Both the position numbers and the translations under genes were made by a program. DNA of 63,507 nucleotides, filler included, from Octopus bimaculoides (taxonomy: Eukaryota): assembly GCF_001194135.2 (NCBI RefSeq). It is 5 parts of 4 records of this genome, joined end to end, with 100 filler letters (N's around TTAATTAATTAA, not from the genome) between each part and the next. Parts side by side here need not be neighbours in the genome. Positions count along the whole stretch, not along the records: positions 28,798 to 51,519 come from NC_068985.1; positions 51,620 to 60,547 come from NC_068999.1; positions 60,648 to 63,507 come from NC_068981.1; 2 more parts are not named here. One strand, written 5' to 3'. Numbering within the stretch: position 1 is the stretch's first letter; each line of letters opens with the position of its first letter. Below, piece after piece: positions 49,736 to 60,686 of this stretch. Under the pieces are notes generated by a model that worked only from the letters and a program-made list of their open reading frames with translations, searched no databases and had not been told where the DNA came from.

Positions 49736-51331
49736 TATANNNNNNNNNNNNNNNNNNNNNNNNNNNNNNNNNNNNNNNNNNNNNNNNNNNNNNNNNNNNN
49801 NNNNNNNNNNNNNNNNNNNNNNNNNNNNNNNNNNNNNNNNNNNNNNNNNNNNNNNNNNNNNNNNNNNNNNNNNNNNNNNNNNNNNNNNNNNNNNNNNNNN
49901 NNNNNNNNNNNNNNNNNNNNNNNNNNNNNNNNNNNNNNNNNNNNNNNNNNNNNNNNNNNNNNNNNNNNNNNNNNNNNNNNNNNNNNNNNNNNNNNNNNNN
50001 NNNNNNNNNNNNNNNNNNNNNNNNNNNNNNNNNNNNNNNNNNNNNNNNNNNNNNNNNNNNNNNNNNNNNNNNNNNNNNNNNNNNNNNNNNNNNNNNNNNN
50101 NNNNNNNNNNNNNNNNNNNNNNNNNNNNNNNNNNNNNNNNNNNNNNNNNNNNNNNNNNNNNNNNNNNNNNNNNNNNNNNNNNNNNNNNNNNNNNNNNNNN
50201 NNNNNNNNNNNNNNNNNNNNNNNNNNNNNNNNNNNNNNNNNNNNNNNNNNNNNNNNNNNNNNNNNNNNNNNNNNNNNNNNNNNNNNNNNNNNNNNNNNNN
50301 NNNNNNNNNNNNNNNNNNNNNNNNNNNNNNNNNNNNNNNNNNNNNNNNNNNNNNNNNNNNNNNNNNNNNNNNNNNNNNNNNNNNNNNNNNNNNNNNNNNN
50401 NNNNNNNNNNNNNNNNNNNNNNNNNNNNNNNNNNNNNNNNNNNNNNNNNNNNNAGACTACAAACATTCATACACAGACATGTTATTACACTCATCGGCTG
50501 CGCGCACAAACACACACACACACATTATACAGTCACCCCTCATTTGCCCAGTCTTACCATACCAGCCACTCTTTTCCTCACCCCACTACTCTATTACAAC
50601 AAATTAACTTCTACTTCGAACTCTCTCTTCACAGATTGTTCAAGTTTCTGCTGTCTGTCGATGTGATTCACTAAATTTATTGATCATATTTCACTGCTTG
50701 ACGTCGTGAGATCGAACTAACCTCATATCATCCACTCCTCTGTATTTTAAAATTTTATTCTATATTACTGTTGAAGTCTGTGTGTGCATGTGTGTGTATT
50801 TATATGTGTATATCTGTGTGTGTGTATATTTCTGTCTTCATATATATTTATGTTTCTGTATGTCTGCGTATGTATGTGTGCGTGAGTGTGTATGTGTATG
50901 TGTGTGTGTGTGTATGTGTGTGTCCATGTATGTGTGTGTACTTATATGTTTACATGTTTGTATGTATGTGTGTATGCATGCCTGAATGCCTTGACACTCA
51001 AGTAACTCCTTACACATACATACAAACAAGTATCGACAACCCAGATACATATGCATACACACACTCCCCATCCACACTCGTGCACACACGCACGCACGCA
51101 CACACGCGTGCACGCACATACGCGCGCACGCACACGCACTGATAAATTTAATGAAATCAGTTTTTCGCCACCAAGAGCTACAAATGATGTTTGAGTCTAT
51201 GCAAATTAGAGTTTGCATGTGTACATACATACATGCATACATACATACAAATTGACAGATAGACATACTGCTTGGGTGTCAAGTCATATATGTGTACGTG
51301 TGTGAGAGAGATAGAGATAGAAAAAGAGTGA

Positions 51332-51377
<46 letters not shown>

Positions 51378-51519
51378 GCGCGCGCGTGCGTGCATACAAG
51401 ATCAGGAGTGTGTATATTTAGGTCACACAAATTTATCTCCCTAACAGTTCTTTCACGTATCTTTATTGGTCTCTGTCTCTCTGTTTCTGTCTCTGTCTGC
51501 CTGTCCGTCTGTCTGTCTG

Positions 51520-51619
51520 NNNNNNNNNNNNNNNNNNNNNNNNNNNNNNNNNNNNNNNNNNNNTTAATTAATTAANNNNNNNNNNNNNNNNNNNNNNNNN
51601 NNNNNNNNNNNNNNNNNNN
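51520..51619. other. Artificial scaffold spacer (44N-TTAATTAATTAA-44N)
   Basis: Same 100-bp construct. Confidence 0.97.
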
Positions 51620-52133
51620 TATTTAAAACAAATGATAACCTCATTTTGTTAATGAGTGATGAAGCTTATTTTCATCTCAATGGCATGGTGAATCAACAGA
51701 ACTGTTGTTATTGGGTTCTTGAAAATCCAAGAGAACTGCATGAAAGACCATTGCACAGCCCCAAAGTGACGGTCTGGTGTGCTGTTGGAAAAGCTGCCAT
51801 CATTGGCCCTTACCTTTTTGAAGACAATAATGGAAATGCTGTTACTGTGATCTCTGAGTGTTACATTGAGATAATAAACAACTTCTTTGTGCCTGAATTA
51901 TGACAAAAACATATCTATTCAACATGCGTGGTTTCAGCAGGATGGAGTGATGGGTCACACAGCTAGAGCATCAATGAACATTCTTTGCTGTCTCTTCGAT
52001 GACTGCCTCATTTTCAGGTTTGCTGACATTCCTTGACTTCCTTGGTCTCCTGAATTGTCCATGTGTGATTATTTCTTGTGGAGAAACCTCAAGGCACGTG
52101 TGTATGTGCATAAGCCCCATACATTGCATGATT
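51620..52133 (+). pseudogene. Tc1/mariner-superfamily DD41D (rosa/VS-type) transposase relic
   Basis: MSDEAYFHLNGMVNQQNCCYW...PLHSPKVTVWCAV...IIGPYLFE...YIEIINNFFVPEL / WFQQDGVMGHTA...WSPELSMCDYFLWRNLKARVY. 41 residues between the 2nd and 3rd Asp; 2 stops and 1 frameshift. Confidence 0.88.
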
Positions 52134-52160
52134 CTATCTATCTATCTGTTTGTCTATCTG

Positions 52161-52191
<31 letters not shown>

Positions 52192-52322
52192 GCCAATCTA
52201 TCTATCTTTCTATCTATCTATCTGTCAATCTATCTATCTAGCTTTCTATCTATCTGTCTATCTTTCTATCTATCTGTTTATCTATCTATCTTTCTATCTG
52301 TTTATCTATCTATCTTTCTATC
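52134..52322. repeat. (TCTA)n microsatellite
   Basis: Direct reading; truncates the transposase relic. Confidence 0.95.
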
Positions 52323-52682
52323 TCCAACACCACCAGCACCAGCACCACCAGCACTGGTGGTGGTGCTGCGGGTGGTGGTGTTGCTGGTAGTGGTGGTGCT
52401 GCTGACCCATCACCACCACCACCACCACCATCACTACCACCACCACCACCACCACCACCAGCAACACAAGCACCACCACGGAGACCAGTTGCAGGACGTA
52501 GCCATCCAGAGAAAGATCGCCAGTCTACGAAAGTCATAGAAACACCGCCGGACGATGGTGAAACGACAACCGGGCAAAACCTCTTTTCCTTCTGTCCCAA
52601 CTACTGTAACAATTGTTTGAAATAATAAAGTCTCAATGTTCATTTTTCAAGACTGCTTCTCTTATACGTTTTTGAGGCGCGA

Positions 52683-55600
52683 GTACGTTCGTAGGTACGT
52701 ACGTATGAACGATCAAACGAATGAACGTACGTAAGTAGATACGTAAGTACGAATGAACGAACGATCGAACGAACGTACGTACGTACGAACGAAAGAACGA
52801 TCGAACGAACGAAGGTAAGTAAGTACGTACAAACGAACGTATGAACGTACGAACGAAAAAACGTACGTATGTACGTACCAACAATCGGACGAATGAAAGA
52901 ATGAACGTACGTACGTAAGTAGAACGAACGAACGTACGTACGTACGAACGAACGAACGAACGACAAGAAAAGAACGAACGTACGTACGAACGAACGAACG
53001 AACGACAGAAGGAAAGAACGAACGAAAGAACGGCCGAACGAAATAACGGAGGAACGTACGTACGTACGAACGATCGAACGAACGTGCGTAAGTACGTACG
53101 AACGAACGAACGAACGACCGGACGAACGAATGAACGTACATACAAACGAACGTACGTACGAACGAACGACAGATCGTAAAAACGAATGAACTTACGTACG
53201 TACGGACGAACTAACAAAGGAACGAATGAACGAACGAACGATCGTATGTACGTACGTAGGTACGTACGTACGTACGACAGATAGAACGAACGAACGAACA
53301 AATTAAAGAATGAACGTGCGTAAGTAAGTACGTACGTGCGAACGAACAAACGAACGTATGTACGTACATACGAACGAAAGAAAGAGCGACGTAAGTACGT
53401 ATGTACGATCGAACGAAAGAACTACCGAACAAACGAATGAAAGTTCGAACGTACGTACGTACGTATGAACGATCGAACGAACGTACGTACGAACGAACGA
53501 ACGATCGAACAATCGTAAGTGCGAACGAACGAACGAACGAACGAAATAATGAACGAACATACGTATGTACGTATGAAATAACGAATGAACGAACGAGCGA
53601 ACGAACGGACGTCCGTACGAACGAATGGACGTATGTACGTACGTAAGTAGGTAGTACAAACGAACGAACGTTCGTACGTACGTATGTACATATGCAGGAA
53701 ATATCGAACGAACGTACGTACGTACGAACGAAAGAACGAACGAACGAATGAACTAACGTCCGTAGGTACATCCGAACGTACAAATGAAAGAACGAAGAAA
53801 CGAACGAATGAATTAACGAACGTACGTAAGTACGTAGGTACGAACGAACGTACGTACAAACGAATGAACGAACGAACGAAAGTACGTACATACGTAAGAC
53901 CAAGGAACAAACGAACGAAGGTACGTACATACGAACGAACGTACGTACGTACTAAGGAGCGAACGTACGAAATGAACGAACGAACGAGCGAACAAACGAA
54001 AGAACGAACGAACGAACGAACGTACGTATGTACGTACGAACGAACGAACATACATATGTAAGTGTGTACGCACAAGCGAAAGAAAGAACGAACGAAGGTA
54101 TGAAACAACGAACGAACGAACGAAGGTATGAAACAACGAACGAACGGACGTACGTACGAACGAACGAACGTATATAAGTACGTACGTACGAACGAACGAA
54201 CGAACGAACGAACGAAAGAATGAACGATCGAACAATCGTAAGTACGAACGAACGAACGAACGAAATAATGAACGAACATACGTATGTACGTATGAAATAA
54301 CGAATAAACAAACGAGTAAACGAACGGACGCCCGTACGTATGAACGAATGAACGAAAGAACGGACGTATGTACGTACGTAAGTAGGTAGTACAAACGAAC
54401 GAACGCTCGTACGTACGTATGTACATATGCAGGAAATATCGAACGAACGTACGTACGTACGAAGNNNNNNNNNNNNNNNNNNNNNNNNNNNNNNNNNNNN
54501 NNNNNNNNNNNNNNNNNNNNNNNNNNNNNNNNNNNTACGAACGAACGAACGAACGAACGAACGAAAGAATGAACGATCGAACAATCGTAAGTACGAACGA
54601 ACGAACGAACGAAATAATGAACGAACATACGTATGTACGTATGAAATAACGAATAAACAAACGAGTAAACGAACGGACGCCCGTACGTATGAACGAATGA
54701 ACGAAAGAACGGACGTATGTACGTACGTAAGTAGGTAGTACAAACGAACGAACGCTCGTACGTACGTATGTACATATGCAGGAAATATCGAACGAACGTA
54801 CGTACGTACGAAGGAGCGAACGTACGAAATGAACGAACGAACGAGCGAACAGACGAAAGAACGAACGAACGAACGAACGTATGTACGTACATACATACGT
54901 ACGAATGAACGAAGGAAAGAACGAACAAAGGTAGGTACGAACGAAAGAACGTACTTAAGTACGTAAGAACGAACGAACAAACGAATGAACGTACGTACGT
55001 ACGTATGTACAAACGAACGAATGAACGAACATACGTACGTACGAACGAACGAAAGAACGAACGAACGAAAGAACGAAAGAACGACCGAACAAACGAACGA
55101 AAGGACGAATGTACGAACGAAAGAACGATCGAACGAACGAACGAACGAACGAACGAACGAACGAACGAAAGTACGAATGAACGAACCTGCATACGTAAGC
55201 GTGTACGTACGAACGAACGAACATACATACGTAAGTGTGTACGCACGAGCGATAGAAAGAACGAACGAACGAACGTACGTAAGTAAGAACGAACGTACGT
55301 AAGTAAGAACATGCGTAAGTACGTTCGAACGTAAGAACGAACGAATGAACGAACGGACGAACTTACGTACGTACGTATGAACGATCGAAGAATCGAAGGG
55401 ACGAACGAACAAGCGAACGAACGGACGTACGTACGAACGAACGAACGTATATAAGTACGTACCTACGAATGAACGAACGAACGAACGAACGAACGAACGA
55501 AAGAATGAACGATCGAACAATCGTAAGTACGAACGAACGAATGAACGAACAAGCGAGCGAAACGAACGAACGAACGAACGAGCGTACGTACGTACGAACG

Positions 55601-58600
55601 AACGCACTTACGTACGAACGAACGAACGTACGTACAAACGAATGAACGAACGAACGAAAGTACGTACATACGTAAGACCAAGGAACAAACGAACGAAGGT
55701 ACGTACATACGAACGAACGAACGTACGTACGTACGAAGGAGCGAACGTACGAAATGAACAAAAGAACGAACGAATGAACGTACGTATGTACGTACGTACA
55801 TACGTACGAATGAACGAAGGAAAGAACAAACAAAGGTAGGTACGAACGAACGAACGTATTTAAGTACGTAAGAACGAACGAACAAACGAACGAACGTACG
55901 TACGTACATACGTACAAACGAACGAATGAACGAAGGTACGTACTATGTACGTACGTACGAACGAACTAAAGAACGAACGAACGAAAGAACGAAAGAACGA
56001 CCGAACAAACGAACGAAAGGACGAATGTACGTACGAAAGAACGAAAGAACAACCGATCAAACAAATGTAAGTACGTGCGAACGTAAAAACGAACGAACGA
56101 ACGGACGAACTTACGTACGTACGTACGTATGAACGATCGAAGAATCGAACGGGCGAACGAACTAACGAACGAACGAAGGTATGAAACAACGAACGAACGA
56201 ACAAGCGAAAGAACGGACGTACGTACGAACATACGTACGAACGAACGAACGTATATAAGTACGTACGTACGAAAGAACGAACGAACGAACGAACGAACGA
56301 ACGAACGAACGAAAGAATGAACGAACGAACGTACGTAAGTACGTACGTAAGTACGTACGTAAGTACGTACGTACGCACATACAGACGATCGGCAGAACAA
56401 ACGAACGAACGAACGTAAGTACGTACGAACATAAGTACGTACGAACTTACGAACGAACGAACAAACTTTCGTACGACAGAACGAACGAAGGATCCAACGA
56501 ACGAAGGAGGGAACGAACGAACAAATGAACAAACGAACGAACGTACGTACGCAAGTACGAAAGAACGAACGAAGGAACGAACTCCTAAGCCAACGAACTA
56601 CTAAGCCAACGAACGTACGTACATACCTACGTACGAACGACCGAACGAACGAACGAACGAACGAACGAACGAACGAACGAACGAACGAACGTACGTACGT
56701 ACGTACGAACGTTCGTTCATACGTAAGTTCGTTCCTTCCTTCATTTTGTTCGTTCGTTCGTCCGTTCGTACTTACGTTCGGTCGTGCGTTCGTTCGTTCG
56801 TTCGTGCCTTAATTCCTACGTTCGTACGCATTTACGTTCGTTCGTTCATTCGTTCGGACGTACGTTCGTTCGTTCTTTCGTTCGTTGGTTGGTTAATTCG
56901 TTCACTCGTACGAACCGAACGAACAAATGTACGTACGTTCGTTCGTTCGTTCTGTCGTTCGTACGTATGTATGTACGAACGTTCGTTGAATCTTTATTTC
57001 GTCCGTTTGTTCTTTCGTACTTACGTACGTACGAACCTTCGTTCGTTCGTCTGTTCATTTGTTCGTTCGTTCGATCGTTCGTTCGTTCTGTCGTTCATTT
57101 GACCGTTCGTTCGTTCGTTCGTTCATTCGTTCTTCCGTTCGTTCGTTCGTTCGTTTGTTTGTTTGTCATTTCGTACGTACGTACGTTCGTTCTTTCGTTT
57201 GGTCGTTCATTCGTACGTATGTACGCACGTACGTACATACGTTCGTTCGTACGTAATTTTGTTCCTTCCTCCATTTTGTTCGTTCGTTCGTTCGTAGGTA
57301 CGTAGGTACGTAGGTAGTACGTAGCACGTACATAGTACCTACGTACGTACATACGTACGTTCGGTCGTTCGTTCATTTCTTCTTTCGTTCCTTCGTACGT
57401 ACGTTCGGTCGTTCGTTCGATTGTTCGTTCGTTCCTTCATACGTTCGTTCGTTCGTTCGTTCGTTCGTTCGTTCCTTCCTTCATTCCTACGTTCGTACGC
57501 ATCTACGTTCGTTCGTTCGTTCGTTCATTCGTTCGTACGTACGTATGTTCGTTCTTTCGTTCGTTCGTTGGTTAATTCGTTCACTCATACGAACCGAACG
57601 AATGAATGTAAGTACGTTCGTTCGTTCGTTCGTTCCTTCCTTCGTTCTGTCGTTCGTACGTACGTATGTACGTACGTTCGTTGAATCTTTATTTCGTTGG
57701 TTCGTTCTTTCGTACTTACGTCCGTACGTACATTCGTTCCTTCGTTTGTTCATTTGTTCGTTCGTTCGCTCGTTCGTTCGTTCGATCTTTCGTTCGTTCT
57801 GTCGTTCATTCGACCGTTCGTTCGTTCGTTCGTTCGTTCGTTCTTCCGTTCGTTCTTTCGTTCGATCGTTCGTTTGTTCTTTCGTACGTACGTACGTACG
57901 TTCGGTCGTTCGTTCCTTCGTACGTTCGTTCGTTCGTTCCATCATTCGTACGTTCGTACGCACTTACGTTCGTTCGTTGGTTAATTCGTTCACTCGTACG
58001 AAACGAACGAACGAACGTAGGAAAGTACGTTCGTTCGTTCGTTCATTCGTTCTGTCGTTCGTACGTACGTATGTACGTACGTTCGTTGAATCTTTATTTC
58101 GTTCGTTCGTTCTTTCGTACTTACGTACGTACGTACCTTCGTTCGTTCGTTTGTTCATTTGTTCGTTCGTTCGCTCGATCGTTCGTTCGNNNNNNNNNNT
58201 ACGTACCTTCGTTCGTTCGTTTGTTCATTTGTTCGTTCGTTCGCTCGATCGTTCGTTCGATCTTTCGTTCGTTCTGTCGTTCATTCGACCGTTCGTTCGT
58301 TCGTTCGTACTTCCGTTCGTTCGTTCGTTCGATCGTTCGTTTGTTCTTTCGTACGTACGTATGTACGCTCGTTATTTCGTTGGGTCGTTCATTCGTACGT
58401 ATGTACGTACGTACGTACCTACCTACGTTCGTTCGTACGTAATTTTGTTCTTTCCTTCATTTCGTTCGTTCGTTCGTTCGTAGGTACGTATGTACGTACG
58501 TACCTACGTACGTACGTTCGGTCGTTCGTTCGTTTCTTCTTTCGTTCCTTCGTATGTACGTTCGGTCGTTCGTTCCTTTAGTCGTACGTTCGTACGCACT

Positions 58601-60547
58601 TACGTTCGTTCGTTCGTTCATTCGTTCGTACGTACGTTCGTTCTTTCGTTCGTTCGTTGGTTAATTCGTTCACTTGTACGAAACGAACGAACTAACGTAG
58701 GTACGTACGTTCGTTCGTTCGTTCATTCGTTCTGTCGTTCGTACGTACGTATGTACGTACGTTCGTTGAATCTCTATTTTGTTTCGTTCGTTCGTTCTTT
58801 CGTACTTACTTACGTACGTACCTTCGTTCGTTCGTTTGTTCATTTGTTCGTTCGTTCGTTCAATCGTTCGTTCGATCTTTCGTTCGTTCTGTCGTTCATT
58901 CGACCATTTGTTCGTTCGTTCGTTCGTTCGTTCGTTCTTCCGTTCTTTCGTTCGTTTGTTGTTTCGTACGTACGTTCGTTCCTACGTACGTACGTACGTT
59001 CGTACGCACGTACGTTCGTACGTACGTAGGTTCGTTCTTTCGTTTGGTCGTTCATTCATACGTACGTACCTACGTACGTTCGTTCCTTTCTTCATTTTGT
59101 TCGTTCGTTCGTTCGTTCGTAGGTTCGTTTGTTCATTTGTTCGTTCGTTCGCTCGTTCGTTCGTTCGTTCGTTCGTTCTTCCGTTCGTTCGTTCGTTTGT
59201 TCGTTTGTTCTTTCGTACGTACGTACGTACGTTCGTTCTTTCGTTTGGTCGTTCATTCGTACGTATGTACGTAAGTACGTACCTACGTAGTTTCGTTCGT
59301 ACGTTATTTTGTTCCTTCCTCCATTTTGTTCGTTCGTTCGTTCGTAGGTACGTATGTATGTACGTACCTACGAACGTACATACGTACCTACAAACGTACA
59401 TACGTACGTTCGGTCGATCGTTCGTTTCTTCTTTCGTTCCTTCGTACGTACGTTCGGTCGTTCGTTCGATTGTTCGTTCGTTCCTTCATACGTTAGTTCG
59501 TTCATTCGATCGTTCGTTCCTTCATTCCTACGTTCGTTCGTTCGATCGTTCATTCGTTCTTACGTACGTACGTTCGTTCTTTCGTTCGTTCGTTGGTTAA
59601 ATCGTTCACTCGTACGAACCGAACGAATGAATGTACGTACGTACGTTCGTTCGTTCGTTCATTCGTTCTGTCGTTCGTACGTACGTATGTACGTACGTTC
59701 GTTGAATCTTTATTTCGTTCGTTCGTTCTTTCGTACTTACGTACGTACGTACCTGCGTTCGTTCGTTCGTTCTTCCGTTCATTCGTTCGTTCGTTCGATC
59801 GTTCGTTTGTTCTTTCGTACGTACGTACGTACGTTCGTTCTTTCGTTTGGTCGTTCATTCGTACGTATGTACGTACGTACGTACCTACCTACGTTCGTTC
59901 GTACGTAATTTTGTTCCTTCCTTCATTTTGTTCGTTCGTTCGTTCGTAGATACGTACGTACATACGTACGTTCGGTCGATCGTTCGTTTCTTCTTTCGTT
60001 CCTTCGTACGTACGTTCGTTCGTTCGTTCGTTCGTTCCTTCATTCCTACTTTCGTTCGTTCGATCATTCATTCGTTCTTACGTACGTACGTTCGTTCTTT
60101 CGTTCGTTCGTTGGTTAATTCGTTCACTCGTACGAACCGAACGAATGAATGTACGTACGTACGTTCGTTCGTTCGTTCTGTCGTTCATTCGACCGTTCGT
60201 TCAATCGTTCGTTCCTTCATACGTTCGTTCGATCGTTCATTCGTTCTTACGTACGTACGTTCGTTCTTTCGTTTGGTCGTTCATTCGTACGTTTGTACGT
60301 ACGTACATACCTACCTACGTTCGTTCGTACGTAATTTTGTTCCTTACCTCATTTTGTTCGTTCGTTCGTTCGTAGGTACGCATGTACGTACGTACGTTCG
60401 GTCGTTCGTTCGTTTCTTCTTTCGTTCCTTCGTACGTACGTTCGGTCGTTCATTCCTTCCTACGTTCGTTCGTTCCTTCCTTCATTCGTACTTTCGCACG
60501 CACTTACGTTCGTTCGTTCGTTCACTCGTTCGTACGTACTTTCGTTC
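52683..60547. repeat. CpG-dense (ACGA/ACGT)n satellite, about 7.9 kb, with higher-order repeats and a strand-polarity switch
   Basis: 52683-56710 reads (ACGA)n/(ACGT)n, 56711-60547 reads (TCGT)n/(ACGT)n; recurring unique marker words 0.4-0.95 kb apart. Confidence 0.95.
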
Positions 60548-60647
60548 NNNNNNNNNNNNNNNNNNNNNNNNNNNNNNNNNNNNNNNNNNNNTTAATTAAT
60601 TAANNNNNNNNNNNNNNNNNNNNNNNNNNNNNNNNNNNNNNNNNNNN
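60548..60647. other. Artificial scaffold spacer (44N-TTAATTAATTAA-44N)
   Basis: Same 100-bp construct. Confidence 0.97.

Positions 60648-60686
<39 letters not shown>

Noticed and set aside
54187-54813. Apparently identical ~278-bp direct repeat either side of the gap at 54465-54535 (also ~60 bp around 58190-58199)
   Set aside because: Identity on both sides of a gap is the signature of unmerged overlapping contig ends; not counted as higher-order repeats.
52683-60547. Repeat-and-spacer look of the satellite as a CRISPR-like array
   Set aside because: No constant-length repeat with unique spacers, no cas genes, and a eukaryotic context.
52633-60603. Many 100-550 aa ORFs rich in RSFV/RTYV/ERTN
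   Set aside because: Translations of the 4-mer satellite, which rarely generates stops; no domain content.
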